DNA from: Lingula anatina
Lineage: Eukaryota > Animalia > Brachiopoda
Assembly (NCBI GenBank): GCA_051362555.1
Contig: CM120647.1
Coordinates: forward strand, 15,538,651 to 15,602,650
Direction of reading: 5' to 3'
DNA length: 64,000 nucleotides
The position numbers were made by a program, and so were the translations under genes. The notes under the pieces were generated by a model. The model was not told the origin of the DNA. It saw only the letters and a list, made by a program, of their open reading frames with translations, and searched no databases. Positions 26,990 to 40,713 of the stretch are shown in pieces. The stretch's first letter is position 1, and each line of letters starts with the position of its first letter.

Positions 26990-28140
26990 TACTTTCAACT
27001 TTATTCAATTGATAAAGGCCACCGGTCCATAGCAAATACATCACAAGGTTCACATCATTTTTCTCTAGCAATCAAACCATGATAAATAAATCTAGCAAGG
27101 TTGTTCAGAGCATCAGGATTTTTTGTCTTCATCATAGTAATATAACAATTTGAAGATGTATTGTTAGTATTCAAATTAGGAATGAACCGAGCTTTCAATG
27201 CCTCATAACGTGGACAAACTAGTAAAAAATGCTTCTCGTCTTCAATTCCATAAATATTTTTGTCTAAGCAATATTTACACAATTTATTTTTTTGTAAATT
27301 TTCATGTCTACCAGTTTCTATTGCAAGTCTATGATTTGAAGCCCTGAATCTTGAAAATGCTACTCTGTATTTCTTAATATTAACATCAAATAAATATTTT
27401 TCAGGTTCTAACAAACTCTTAAATGATGCATAGTCTTCACAAAGTTTTGGAGTATTTTGTATACTTTCAACCCAATTTTGTCTAGTACAGTCCTTCAGCC
27501 AAAGTAAAAACTGGCTTAAAAAGGTATTTATATCACCCACGTCTTGTGCTATCCATGCATTACCAAAACCATACATATGAATTATTTGTTTCACTTTAGT
27601 CACCCAGTTAGCCCTTCAATGTTCATTTAGTGTACGGAACATATTATAGCAAGATCTGGGGTACCTCTCTGGTTCCATCCTAATCAATTTCAGCCAATAC
27701 TTAATACATCGTATGGTGTAAACTGGATACAATGGTAATCTACCAGTTTCTCCGAGGACCACGACATTTGAAGTCCTTGAACTCAGCCCCCAAAAAGCTG
27801 AGAATATCAGCCCTTGGTACTTATAATGGCTAAAAATTTCTACCTCCTTATTATTTAGGAGCCATTTTTTCATGTTTATTTAAATAACCACCTCGTCTGA
27901 ATACGATGACTTTTGTTTTTTCTATGTTGATCATCATGCCATATTTTTTGCAGAAGTTTTCTAGTTTTACTATAAGCTTTTGCAAGCTACCAACCGTGTC
28001 ACTTATTTCTACTGCATCGTCTGCAAAGAGCAAATGTGAGATGTTTGGTGCATCTTCATTTACAAAAATCCCTTTACAGTTTTAATCATCTCTTAACATA
28101 TATACAAATTCATTTAGAAATAAAGAAAACATAAATGAAA
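26990..28140 (-). mobile_element. Decayed non-LTR retrotransposon fragment (RT C-terminus and zinc-knuckle region)
   Basis: Frameshifted ORFs 27851-28033 (LFADD), 27616-27873 (LGETGRLPL) and 27055-27603 (FRASNHRLAIETGRH…CKYC…EDEKHFLLVC). Confidence 0.85.
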
Positions 28141-28266
28141 AAAAAAAAAAAAACATATATGAAGTCCCCAGTTGTTATATATGTAATACTGGTGATAACT
28201 CGATATCTAAGCCTAGTGTATGTAATAAATAGATAATTACTATAATCAATTAAAAGGACGAACATA

Positions 28267-29756
28267 AAGGGTTGCTACTTAATATGGAATATTATTTTTT
28301 GGCGAGTAAATTTTCTACAAATATTTATTTTCTCTCTAACTACTTTAAATCCAAAATTGGGGTGTGACTCCATGTGTAGCCAGGTGTGTTACCTAATTAC
28401 CACACAGCTCTCGAAACAATTGATGCATGCAGTTGCATGTTCTGTGGTCAGAAATGTGAGGGGTGGTCTTTTCGGCAATTTCTGTCCTTGTATAAAAACG
28501 CATGGGTTTGGCCAATTTTTGGAGAGTATTCAGAGAAGCAACAAAGGGATCGCTCTGAAACTTGACAGGTACCTTAGAGAAGATATGGTTCGACAGCAAA
28601 GCAACGCAGCTTACTATGGGATTCTTGCTCTCAGAGAAAAAGGACAGAAACGGACAGCCATTGCCAGGCAATGCAATATTTATCAGGAACCGTTAGTAAA
28701 GCCTTCCAAAGAAAGGGGCACCTACTCCAATACCTTGACCAGGGTGTCTTCGTATCACAACAAGAAGACATGGTCGCCTTCTCCTTAGAGTGGACCGTGC
28801 TGGTCGTACAAAGACAACCAGTGTCCTCAGAAAAGAGGTCCCTCGTGAAGAAGATATTACTGCAATCTGGTCATTTTGCACGAAGACCAGTAGGGAAACC
28901 ACGTGTCGGCCGACGTGTATGAGAGGCATAAAACGATGATTGTATACTGCCTAGGGTGCAAGCAGGGGGTGGTAACGTCTCTGTTTGGGGAGCATTTCGT
29001 GCCGGTGCTGAGAACCAGTTGGTTTTTCTAGGCGGCAACCTCAACTAAGGTTCCTACAGAGACATTCTACAGCAAACAATCCTTCGATTTGTAAGAGTCA
29101 TCTTCAAGAACAACTTTGTGTACCAAGACTACTGCGCAACCCCTCATCGAGCTCTCAGAACCACTGTTTTTCTTCTAAACCAATGGGTTCAGCAACTGCC
29201 CTGGCCTACAAACTCCCCAGACATGAACCCAATTGAAAACCTGTGGGCGGAAGTAACTCAGAGAATTAATAACTATGGTCATCGGACGGTAAATAATGAT
29301 GAATTGCGACAGGCAAATATCACTGCGTGGAATGATATCCCCATCCAAACTCTAAAAAAACTTGTCACAGAAGGATGAGGGCGCTGCAAGCGGCTGCTGG
29401 AGGTCATACCTGCTATTGATGACTTTTCATGGTTTCCTGTAATGCACTCTTTGCTTGTGCAACATATCACTGTCCAGAAGCTATCATTTTCTTTAATATC
29501 TTAGCTTAAAATTAATACCGACATCAAACTGTTGATATGGTTTTCTGGGGGTGTTCGTTTCTTTTAAATGACAACTTATGTCAGATTTGATATTATTGAC
29601 GAAAATATCTCACAACAGAAGACTCGATATTTTTATCACTCAATGACATGCTTTTTTGATGAATCAAGCCGCCCCCTTCCAAAAAAAAAAAAAAAAATTG
29701 ATCAGCACTCAAAAATAACAATGATAAAAAATATTCCATATTAAGTAGTAACCCTG
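28267..29756 (+). mobile_element. Decayed Tc1/mariner transposon (second family)
   Basis: TIRs (C/A)AGGGTT(G/A)CTACTTAATATGGAATATT flanked by TA. Transposase remnants MVRQQS…TAIARQCNI, GGGNVSVWGAF, YQDYCATPHRA, LPWPTNSPDMNPIENLW. Confidence 0.85.
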
Positions 29757-30409
29757 TAAGTAGGTCCAACATGCAGCCATACACGCCTTGTATATATATA
29801 TACATAATAAAATATATATATATATAATCTGAGCCGGAGATCAAATATGGCGCGACCCACTTAAAAACTTGCCACCTAAATCCCCACGGGTAATCCATTA
29901 GGGGGTCATGAAGCCTATTTATGTCTGTAACAGTTTTTTTTTTTACCAATAAACAAAGTGAAGATTATAGATTTCAAATGAAAGACAATGGATTACGTAA
30001 CGGTCATTTTTTTGTTCTGGTTTCAAATAAGATTCAAGGGATAATAACTCTACGTTTTGGCCAAAAAATGAATTTCCTGGAGTAAACAACAATATTCCCA
30101 TACTTACCAATGAAGCCATTTTTACATTCAAAGTTAGTCCCTCTTTTTTTTCTAAAAGGTTTGGGTTTTTTAAACCTCTTAAGATATTTTAACACTGTAT
30201 AGCCATTAATGGAGGCCACGGGGTCTAAAGACAAGCTCAGATATCAGAATAATATCTATAAATGCCGTTTTTGTGGTAAATCAGAATATATTATATTTCT
30301 ATGAGTTATTTACAATGTTTTTATTGTGAAATATAGATCTTATGCGAATAGTTGTTATCCCTTTAAAATAAAAGAATTAAAGATACCAATAATGAATAAA
30401 GCATTTGAA

Positions 30410-31289
30410 AACTACGATGCAAGGTCGCTCAATGGACGCAGAGAGGACGCGCAGGCATCGCCGACTTCGCAGAGAGGCACAAGCAAGGCTTTTGTTGCAA
30501 AATGAAAACCCAAAGATAGTCCAGTGTTCGACACGAATAATGTTATTTTTCACTCTCAAACGGGGCCGTGCTGAAATATTTTTCACCCGACAGGAATTCT
30601 TAGGGCAACAGCGGTCTCATATCAGCCTCCAATTGTTTTTTCCCTAAAATTCATGAACCGATCCATTTTTTTGAAGGTAATTATAAAACGAATATTTTGC
30701 CTTTTTACAAGATGCAGTAATTGTCAAAACTTTTTGCAGAATACGTCATCTGAAAACGGATTCAAACATTTGATGTTGTATCAGTCATACTTTCTCGTTA
30801 TCAGCGCCTGTCCATCCTTCTTATAAGGATAACAATGAGCATCTGGCTGATTATAACAGTCCATGCAGACCTTGCCTCACTGTAGTTTAAAAAAAGTTTA
30901 TTCCCATTCATTTGTTTTGTTTTCTAGAAATGTTTTAAATTGGATGACCTGCTTAGAACCGATGAAAAAATATGAGTTAGAACATATCGACAGACGCCCA
31001 AACAACGCTCATCGGTCAAGCAGGATCGTAGAATGAATCGTGATAGCCGATGAAGGTACAGAGGACGCAGCAAGAATGCTCAATGGTCGCTCAAACAACG
31101 CAATGGACGCCGTGGGATGCACAGGGGAGGCAGGCCGGTCGCTCAATGGATGCACAGGTTGCTCGCAGTTTTACAGATAAAATCAAGATTCGGTCGTTCA
31201 AAGGACGCATAGCGACCGTTGAGTGTCCTGATCACATTTTTGATCGCAGAAAGGACGCGGAAAGGACGCCGTCCAGTGTAAAGGGGCCT
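30410..31289. mobile_element. Probable non-autonomous DNA-transposon fragment (Harbinger-like end)
   Basis: Repeated GGTCGCTCAATGGACGCA motifs and a terminus …CAGTGTAAAGGGGCCT followed by TTA. The other end was not found. Confidence 0.4.
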
Positions 31290-31467
31290 TTACATGTTAC
31301 CACTAGCAGGCAAAACCTGACCTGACTTGCTTAGCATTTCTAGCGGTCGTTATTTAATTGTTTTTAAACTAAACAAACTAATTAATTTCAACTCAATTTG
31401 CAATGTTGTTTATCATGTACGTGGTAAATTCCTTAGCTAGAAGGTATAATCCTCCTCACCATTCAAC

Positions 31468-31991
31468 TTACTTACTTAGGACCTCCTGTCCAACGTAGGA
31501 CATTGGGCGGCAAACTTTTTCCAACTTGTCCGATCGGCAGCGGCCGTCTCTATCTCCTCCCACCTGATGTTGCCTCTTTGCCGATCATTCTGGAAGGTTC
31601 TCCTCCAGGTTATCCTCGGTCTACCTCGTTTGCGCTTGCCTCCCGGTGGTACCCAAGTCATAGCCGTTTTTGCATGCCTCTCAGTTGGTAATCGAATAAT
31701 GTGTCCTGCTAATTTTATCCGACGAATGGTGACTGTTTCATGCAATGGTCTTGGCTTTGCCTTCCTAAGCACTTCTTCATTGGTGATATGGTCTGTGTAT
31801 GAAATCTTCATTATTCGACGTAGGCACCTCTGATGAAAAACATCCAATCTTTTGTTCACTTTCACAGTGCTTTTCCATTTTTCGCTAGCAAAAAGTACAG
31901 TCGGTAGTACTACTGCGTTATAAAGGCGTGTCTTCAGTTGTGTGCTTATTGTTGTCGATTTCCAAATATTGTTCATTCCTCTATTCTTCAT
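31468..31991 (-). mobile_element. 5'-truncated RTE-clade LINE with target-site duplication
   Basis: ORF 31476-31991 (KTRLYNAVVLPTVLF…LDVFHQRCLRRI…GKRKRGRPRITW), (GTAA)n tail, TSD TCACCA(T/A)TCAAC at 31456-31467 / 31992-32003. The empty site is visible in paralogous units. Confidence 0.85.
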
Positions 31992-33201
31992 TCACCAATC
32001 AACAGCAGATGTTTAAAAATGAATTGTAGTAAAATTATCATTGTGTGTAAGTGACGGTTTTATTACAAAGACGAAAAAGGGTCGTTTTTATTTTTGATAT
32101 TATTCAGTGTGTATTAAAGACAGAAGGAAGCATGTGCACTTGTAGAAAAAAGAAATGCAGATATAAATGTGCTCGTAGAATGCATTAAACAGGAAGGACT
32201 ATTAACAAGCAGGTAGTATTTGTCATTACAACAAAAGATAATTATTTTATTACGTTGAGTTGTGTAATAATGATTAAGGACATGTTTGAAACAGAAAATA
32301 CCTTGTTGGGACCATATCTCATGTCGACGTTATTCCGTATGTGTCCTTGTTGAAGACTGATGATATTTGCCTGGTAGCAGAGAGAATACAAATGGAAAAC
32401 TGGGGTGAATTATCTTAATTTTGAAAGTTTTAGGCATATTTTAGAAATGTTGCGAATATTATCACATGTGATCTAAAGATAATACATGACGGCACGATCT
32501 AATTTTCTCAAAATCCAGGGTTCCGTTTTCAGTAAGATAAGAAATAAAATATAGTGAAAATTAAAAGTCCAAATTTGTAACTTATGGGTAAAATAAAATG
32601 AAAGTTAAAAACAACAATAATTAATTTTTAAAAAAATCTTTATTTAGTTTAAGGTAAATGCACAGCTCTTTTTTGATGATGCACGAAATATTTGAATACG
32701 ACTGGTCTATTGCAAATGAATCTTTGCGTGCTTTTATCTTATGCGTACCGGTTCGATATTAGAGAGTTAGATTCCCTTTTTAGAATGTAAATTTAAATAA
32801 TGAAAAAATGCAAATTAAATTAAGTTTTGGTTATCAGTTGTATGTAATAAAATTGGATTTTTACCACGACAAAATGGGTAATGGTTGCAGAAATGTTTAG
32901 GTTAGGAACTAAAAAAAGGAGAAAAAGAAAAAAAAATGAGAGAGCGCTTCTGCTTTTAGACGTTGCTTTGACAAATGATAATGATTTTGTTGCATAACAC
33001 CGTGAACAAATGATTAAGGAAAAGTTGGAAACAGAAAATACCTTCCTGGGACCATATTTCATGACAATTTTATTCTGTGTTTCCTTGCTGAAGATTGATA
33101 GGGATTTGCTTGCACTGAAACGTATAAATAGCGGCTTGGGTTGCAAACCTCATCGTAGAGAACTGATTCAGTCTCCTGCTACGACAACTTCCTTTGGAAC
33201 A

Positions 33202-34618
33202 ATGAAGTCTTGCGCTCTTCTTGTGCTCTTGGTGCTCTTTGCCACTGTTGTCATAGAAGTTAAGAGACACAAAGTATTTATAAAGACTTGAAGCTTAAAT
33301 ACTGACGCAAAGAAAAACAGTACGTCAGAACTGAGACAGTAATCTAGGTAGATGGTATATCCGATTGGGCGAGGTTTAATTAGAAATGATACATCAGTAT
33401 GCTGTAACTTGACCAAAAGACGTCGTGATCAAAATCAAACCGAATAAGATACAGTAAAAATGGAAAATAGTGTATACATAAATTACTGCATCCAACTAAA
33501 TAAAGTGGAGTGTTAAGTAATGCAATAATTGCAGATAGGCAGTTGTGAGTGCTTACTGAGATTGTTATTTTGCTTCCTTTTGAAACACACAGTGAAACTA
33601 ATTATTGTGCCTTAATTTCTATTTCCATAAATTATATTGGTCCTGTTAAGTTAGAAAATATCTTAATATATATCCATTTTAGTCTTTTCTATGTGGGTTG
33701 TCTTTCTTTAGATCACTCTCAAAATATGCTAAAAAAAATCCAAAAGATTATTTGTAATTACCAACAAATTCCAGTTAGAAATTGAATGGTTCTAGACCAG
33801 GAGTTCAGAAAGGGCATAGATTGCGACATGCATTGTTAACATCATTCCTTAGCAAAATTAGAAACAACACTCCTTTTAAGATCCACTTTTTTACTTTCTT
33901 TCATTAATATTTGAAGTTAGAAGCTACACGCACAATAAATGACCATGGACTTTTAGTATTACTCTTATATTTCCATCTTTTATTTTGAAATAGATACAGC
34001 CGGGCAAATGATAGCGCGTGCTTCATGCGTCTGCTGTGGTCACAGATGTAGCAGCGACCATGGGATTTGCAGGTGCGGCGGAGTTGCACCCAACTGCTAC
34101 TGTATTGCAATTGATCACACAACAAGGTAAAAGGTGTTGTGATGAGATTGTTCATATCAGTATTTTCACAAATACATTCTAGACCGAATACTTGTTACAC
34201 ATAAAAAACAAATGCTGATTATTGTCCGAACCTTAGACTGCTAGCCGATTTGTAAATTCTGCAAGTCAATTTTTATGATATTGTTGAGATGAACGGTTTT
34301 GTAAATCTTTAGAGAGAGAAGGAGAGAGAAGGAGAAAGAGGGAGAAAGAGAGGTCAGGGTAGGGAGGGTGAGGTTGAAGGAGAATTAGAACCAGGCTGTA
34401 CGTGTGAATGCCATATACTCTGATTGTCATATGAAGCATTTATTTCTATTCACTTTTGTGATATAATCTAATGAAAGCTATACAATGTTCAATCAAATAA
34501 GTAAATAGAAAAATTGGATATCTTTTTGTAAATGGTCAGTTTAATGCAATGGTTCATTGCTTAACAGTTTATAATAACAATATTTTTTGTTTGCAGAAGA
34601 CCCCCTCCTGGACGGTAA
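33202..34618 (+). pseudogene. 8-Cys peptide copy F; both coding exons intact (33202-33259; 33994-34130) but the intron-1 donor GT is mutated to TT
   Basis: GAAG|TTAAG versus GAAG|GTGAG in paralogs. Exon 2 reads DTAGQMIARASCVCCGHRCSSDHGICRCGGVAPNCYCIAIDHTTR. Confidence 0.7.
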
Positions 34619-35186
34619 ACATGACCAGTTGAACATAAAGAAGAAAACAGGAAACTAATCACTCAGCTAAATGTAAAGCTGTTGTATTTGGACATTTTTG
34701 TGTGAATTTTTAGTTCAACAATAAGTGGTCATAATAAAGAGTATAGTAAATACGCTGTATTTACTGCATTGTCAAAGCTCTAATTTTACTGCGTTTGTCG
34801 TTGTTGAAAATCGTTTGAATCCTTAATACGTATATTACACCAAAAGGCAATGCATTAAATTTAGAGGCCCAAGTTTTATTTCATAAACATGAATGAAAAA
34901 AGTAGACTTATCAATTCCGTTTTATTATAATCGAATGCATTAACTTCAGTTATAGTTAGGGTGGGACATTTTTGTGCACAGGTTAGTCATATCAAAAATA
35001 AATAAATAATAGATAGCCTACGATAAACTTGTTTTATGGAATTCTAGTAGCCAATACTAAATAGGACCAAAATATGTTAAGTGTTTTTGATCAAAAATTT
35101 TAAACAACTTGTGATACTTAAATTAATGAGGAATCTTGCTACACAGAAAACTCGCCAAAGCATTTCGAGTATCAAAATGTTTCCTG

Positions 35187-35189
<3 letters not shown>

Positions 35190-35264
<75 letters not shown>
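35190..35264. repeat. (TA)n microsatellite
   Basis: Direct inspection. Confidence 0.95.
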
Positions 35265-35271
<7 letters not shown>

Positions 35272-35548
35272 CATTTGTTAAATTGCTGGCATATTAATAA
35301 TGACTACCGTAATATTCCTTGTATTTTTTAATTCTTTAATGTGAATTCCAAAAAAAAACATTATTCATCCCAGTGCCTCGTGATTAAAGACTAAGAAGAG
35401 GGAAACTAAGTTTGTCAATAATATTTCATTTATTTAAAAACTAATCTCAATTTATTTAGAAAAAAACTCCACTTTGTTTCAATAACACATCGAAAGTATG
35501 ATAATTAAGTTTCAAAGTTTTGGGCTGTAGTCGTCAATCAAGGTCATT

Positions 35549-36298
35549 ACGCACGTTCCACCTTTGACACACTTTTTATGGCATTCATCGGACAGCCGCG
35601 TCATGTACCGCTTTCCACCGAAACCACTTCTACATATGTAGTAGTCTGTTTTTTAAATATACATGCATATTTACTTTCATCTGTGTTTTAGTTTCTACAT
35701 AATATTTGAAAAACTGACTAACGTCAGTAAAAGACGCAGGTGCCTTCATTATAACATTGTAGGCAACAGCCTCCCCCTAACCATGGATATCTCTTCTTAA
35801 ACTCCACATCTTATTCAAAAGGAAAGATAAAATCGTATGTTAAAAGATGTAGTTTCAATATATAAATGAATAAATAAATAAATAATACGTAATGTCAAGA
35901 GGTAATATGAAAAAATGATTTGATGCAAATGACACTTGAAGAAACGGAGAATTATACTAGTACATATACATGCTGTCGAACACTGACAAAGAGTTTGTCA
36001 ACGTGTCAGCACATTTTGCAGTGGTTTTACTGGTTCTTTTTTCACATTATCACACCAATTCAAAGTCTTATTAGTCAAAAACAATACTTTAATGAAACCT
36101 TCTATATTTCTTGGTACATGTACATGTTACGTACAGTTGGTGCATGTTTTCATGCACTTCCCAAGAGACGCTTTTGCTCCAATTCCACCTCCGCACTGCT
36201 TTTCTGAGACACGTTGTCAGCGAAGCCTTCAAGACCGTGTCGCCACCTCTAGGCCGTACTGCCCACATCCCTCAGAATCGCTGACGCCTTTGTGAGAG
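35549..36298 (-). pseudogene. Minus-strand TSP1-like/EGF gene remnant (three exons with stops and deletions)
   Basis: SEGCGQYGLEVATRS*RLR*QRVSEKQCGGGIGAKASLGKCMKTCTN | VEFKKRYPWLGGGCCLQCYNEGTCVFY | CRSGFGGKRYMTRLSDECHKKC…. Confidence 0.65.
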
Positions 36299-38012
36299 CT
36301 GTGAGGTGTCCAAGAGCTCCAGGCAGCGTAAAGCTTGTGAGACTTTGGCTTGTGTTTCGTAATAAAAGTGCACTGAAAAGAATAAAATGAAATAAGAACA
36401 CGGTAGTGTTATACATTTTGTCTTGATCAAATCTAAAATCAAAGAAGAGAAGCTAGATTACATGTAGTAACAATGGTACAGTAAAGCAATAAATCTAGAT
36501 GATAAATGCCCACCCATTTTAGAAGGCGGGAGTGAAAGTAGACACATTGGAGACTCCAAAATCATGGACATACTTATGCTTCATTACCGTCATTTGGCTC
36601 TTTTGATCTCTTCCAACAAAAACACTTACCATACCTGAGATGATCTGGTTTTACCCATTCCCAGGGTTGAACGTTATGTAACCTTCCGACTCAGAGAATA
36701 TATTCATGTTCAGGGCACCTAATGTAAATATAGCCTGCCAGCACTCAGGTTTAGTAACATTATTTACCGGTCGAGCATCATTAGAAGGACATGAGCAGAA
36801 TAGAATAAAAACAACTTTAAGCCCGTGTACATGTATACAGATGTAATTCACAGACTTTTGTATCATTATTCACGCTAAATAGATTTGATGCACGCAGGAA
36901 TTAGTTCGGTTCCCTTTAAAAATCAGGCCTCTCAGATAGAGAGGGGGAGAGACCCCGGAGAGACCGCTGACACTGCTCCTGCCTGCGTGCCGAACCTGTA
37001 GCCCGTAAGCAAGAATAAAGACTTTAAATCTTAACACTGGCTGCTGCGTTGTTCCGTTGATTGCTCGCGATACCGAGAAAACAGTATCCAACCACGGTTA
37101 CAAAATAGTGTGAGTAAACACTTTTGCTTTTTGACAAATGATTATGATTTTATTGCGTAATGCTTTGTATAAATGACTAAGGATACGTTTGAAACAGAAA
37201 ACATCTTGCTGCGACCATATTTCATTGTAATTTATAGTATATGTTTCCGTACTGACGATTGTTCGAAAGAAAAATAAACAAACTGTATTAATCCGATTAT
37301 TGGGAGAGGAAGAAAACTAATAGATAGTAAGTAGTAAGCACGTATTACCAGTCAGAAAATTAGCGATATGCCAAGTGCATGTCTTTTATAGCAGTGTTTG
37401 ATGTGTGTCAAACACAGCGTTATGTGAATTTTTTACTCAATATTCAAATGCAATGAATCTTATTAGATTTCTGTAAAAGACAAACACGGCAAATCGGTCT
37501 GGTTTTCACAATGGATGACAGGGGAGACTTTTAATAAGATAAGAAATGAAATAAAATTAATTAAAATACTGATTAATTAAAATAAAAATAAATTATAAAT
37601 GAAATATGATAAAACTAAAAGTTGAGGAAATTAAGGAAAAAAAAAATTTTGAACAAAATTTCATTTACTTCAGTTGAAGTTAAAGAAATTAACAGATGTG
37701 AATGCAAATTTTATCTTGTATGTGACAATTAGATACCAGAGAGTAAGATTGCTTTCATCAAATAAGACGCTTTGACAAATGATAATGATTTTATTGCATA
37801 ACGCTGCGTGTTTATGATTCAGGAAAAGTTTGAAACAGAAAAGATCTTGCTGGGACCATATTTCATGGTGATCTGTTTTTGTTTACTGGCTGGAGATAAA
37901 CAGTCATTTGTTTGCACAGAAGTGTATAAATAGCGCCTTGGGATGCGTAAGATAGCAAGTCTCTTAGAAAAGAAGATTTCATTCTTCTGCTAGGACAACT
38001 TCCATTGGAACA

Positions 38013-39111
38013 ATGAAGTCGTGCGCTCTTCTTGTGCTCTTGGTGCTCTTTGCCACTGTTGTCATAGAAGGTGAGTGATATGAAGCACTTAAGATGATAT
38101 GAAAAGTAAGAGTAAAGAAATAACTCACAATTGAGACCGAGATCCAGGCAGACAGTACCTCCGCTTAAGCGAGATTTATTTAGAAATGTTACATTTTACG
38201 AAACCTGACCAGAAGAGGCCGTGGCTAGAAAGGCATCAAATAAGATATTCTTAAAATGTAACATATATGATACATAAATTATAGCATCCAAGGGAATGAC
38301 GTGACAGTATTCGGTAATTCAAACATTGCAGATAGGCAGTTGTGAATGCTTAATATAATGGGTCAATCCTATGCTTTTTAAACGTTACTTGACACAAACA
38401 AGTGTACATTCATTTACATTTCTATAAATCATTTTGATACTGTTGTTAAAAGATAGCTTGATAGGTGTTCAAAATAATTTTATTCTTTTTTTTACACGGT
38501 GAATCTGTTCGTTGCAGATCATTCTCAGAAATTAGTTAAATCCAAACAAATGTTTTTTTTTTTCTTTTCTTTGTCACCAGCCAAAAATGATACTAAGAAA
38601 TTTCAAGGGACCTTGACCAGGAAAATGTGACTGGAGTTCAAACTGGTGCCGCGAGTTTTGTTTCGTGTTACTTGACTTCACTAGCATTTGGATTTAGCAA
38701 TTTCATGCAAAATAAATCCCCGTGGACTTTAAGTAACATGCTCATTGTTACCCTTTATTATTTATATTTTATATAGAAACATCCAGCCAACCTAACCCTG
38801 CAGTGTTTGCAACCGCTGTGGCATGTATGTCAAAGCGTGAAATTGAACACATGGACTTGAACAATAAATATTTGTTCCTCTCTGTAAATTTATATCATTA
38901 GCATCTAGAAATTTCACTTAAAATACTTTCCTTGTGTCTTTCAAAAATATGCTAATCTTTGCCATTCATTTTTCAAATAGATACATCCGGGCAACCTAAC
39001 CCTCCATTTTGCAACTGCTGTGGTCACAGGTGTCCCATCTTTCATGGGAGATGCTTTTGTTCCGGAAGACCTCCAAACTGCCACTGTCCTGCGAAAGATC
39101 TCCCAAAATAA
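38013..39111 (+). CDS. 8-Cys secreted peptide precursor, copy G (exon 1 38013-38070; exon 2 38981-39111; 3' UTR exon from 39694), 62 aa
   Basis: MKSCALLVLLVLFATVVIE|DTSGQPNPPFCNCCGHRCPIFHGRCFCSGRPPNCHCPAKDLPK*. TATA 37925-37932, GTGAGT donor, AATAAA at 39822. Confidence 0.87.
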
Positions 39112-39388
39112 AAAGGTGCTGTGTTCAGAGTGTACAAAGAAAATGCAAATCCACAGAAGAGACCTGTTTCACATAAAAGATACTATTATTGTGCCACACG
39201 GTGATTATTAAAACCAAGTAGTAAATTCCGCAAGTCAATCGGGTGACATTGTCTTGAGAGTGAATTATAATAATGGCTCATAAAGCAAAGGAAAACTGGG
39301 ATACTGGCATCACAGAAAACTTCTTTAATGCCCGACGGTATAAGTATAAAAATCGAAAATAAAAACGTGAGGAACGGTCTTTTCAATT

Positions 39389-39391
<3 letters not shown>

Positions 39392-39434
<43 letters not shown>

Positions 39435-39495
39435 GGAGAGAGGGAGAGAGAGAGGGAGAGAGAGAGGAAGGAGAAGGGTGGGAGGAAAGGGAGAG
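39392..39495. repeat. (GA)n/polypurine tract in intron 2 (a related tract is present in intron 2 of every peptide copy)
   Basis: Direct inspection. Confidence 0.9.
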
Positions 39496-40078
39496 AACCA
39501 GGTTGCGCTTGCGTATGTCATATGTTTCTATAGGCATTTATTTCCATTTTATTTTGTGATATAAGCTAATGCAAGTTATATAATAAACATTCAAATAAGT
39601 GAATAAAAAATGAAAACAGTAGCTGTAAATGGTCAATTTAATGCAACGGTTCATTATTTAACAGTTTATAATTACAATATATTTTGTTTTCAGAATAGCC
39701 TCCGTTGAGATGAAGTATGACCAGTTGAACTAGGGAACAAAACAGATAACAAGTCACTCAGCTTAATGTAAAGCTGCTGTATTTGGACTTTGTTTGTGAA
39801 TTTTGAATTTTAAGTAGTCACAATAAAGTTTGTAGTAAATACGCCGTATTTACTGCATTGTTAAAGCTCGAATTCTACTGTCTTTGTCGATGTTGGTATG
39901 CTTCATACGCACATTGCACAAATTACCCATCTCTGTGAAATGTTGAGGCTCTTTCATTTATTTCATAAACATGAATAGAAAAGTAAACTTGTCAAGTTCG
40001 CTTCATTAGAATTAAATGCATTATCATCAGTCATAGGCTAGGACAATTTTACCCACACGTTAGAAGTAAGCCACATGA

Positions 40079-40121
<43 letters not shown>

Positions 40122-40653
40122 AAAGCCTATGAGACACCCTTTTTTGAAATTCTTATAGCCAATTTTCAATTAGAACTAAATCTTTTCAGTATTTTCAAAC
40201 AATTATACACCATATGTTAAATAAATTCATCAGAAATATTGCTACACAATTTAAAAAATTAAGGTTGGACGGCTATGCCGTGCACATGAGTCTTAATGTT
40301 TCTTACAGTAAAGTTCAGATCATTCCATTTTCATGGAATATAGTGCCGCCAAAGCATTTCGAGTATCAAAATGTTTCCTGTTTTATTAATATAGATTCTT
40401 ACTCATTATTTGTCAAATTCCTTGTAAATGGTGCCTACAGTTGTATTTCTGACACTTTTAAGCTACTCTTTTGATGTCATGTACAAAGATTTTACTGTAT
40501 TCTCAATGTTTTTTGATTAAATACTTAACAGAAATAAAAAGTTTGCCAAACAAATTAAATTTTTAAAAGAAATACAGCTCTACATGTAATAATTTTGTTG
40601 CAATTTGATATCGAAAAAAAAGTTTTCAATTGAACTTAAACATAAACGTGTGT

Positions 40654-40654
<1 letters not shown>

Positions 40655-40712
<58 letters not shown>
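40655..40712. repeat. (AAT)n microsatellite
   Basis: Direct inspection. Confidence 0.95.

Positions 40713-40713
<1 letters not shown>

Noticed and set aside
35077-35274. IYIYIY ORFs and SLSLSL ORFs (39186-39537)
   Set aside because: Translations of (TA)n and (GA)n microsatellites.
36200-36240. In-frame TGA codons as selenocysteine in the minus-strand exon
   Set aside because: Paralogs have TGT/TGC and GGA at these positions and other copies carry different lesions, so this is ordinary pseudogene decay.
36375-37120. Unique insertion upstream of copy G as a gene
   Set aside because: Only short ORFs, and no termini or motifs I could establish; probably an unclassified repeat fragment.
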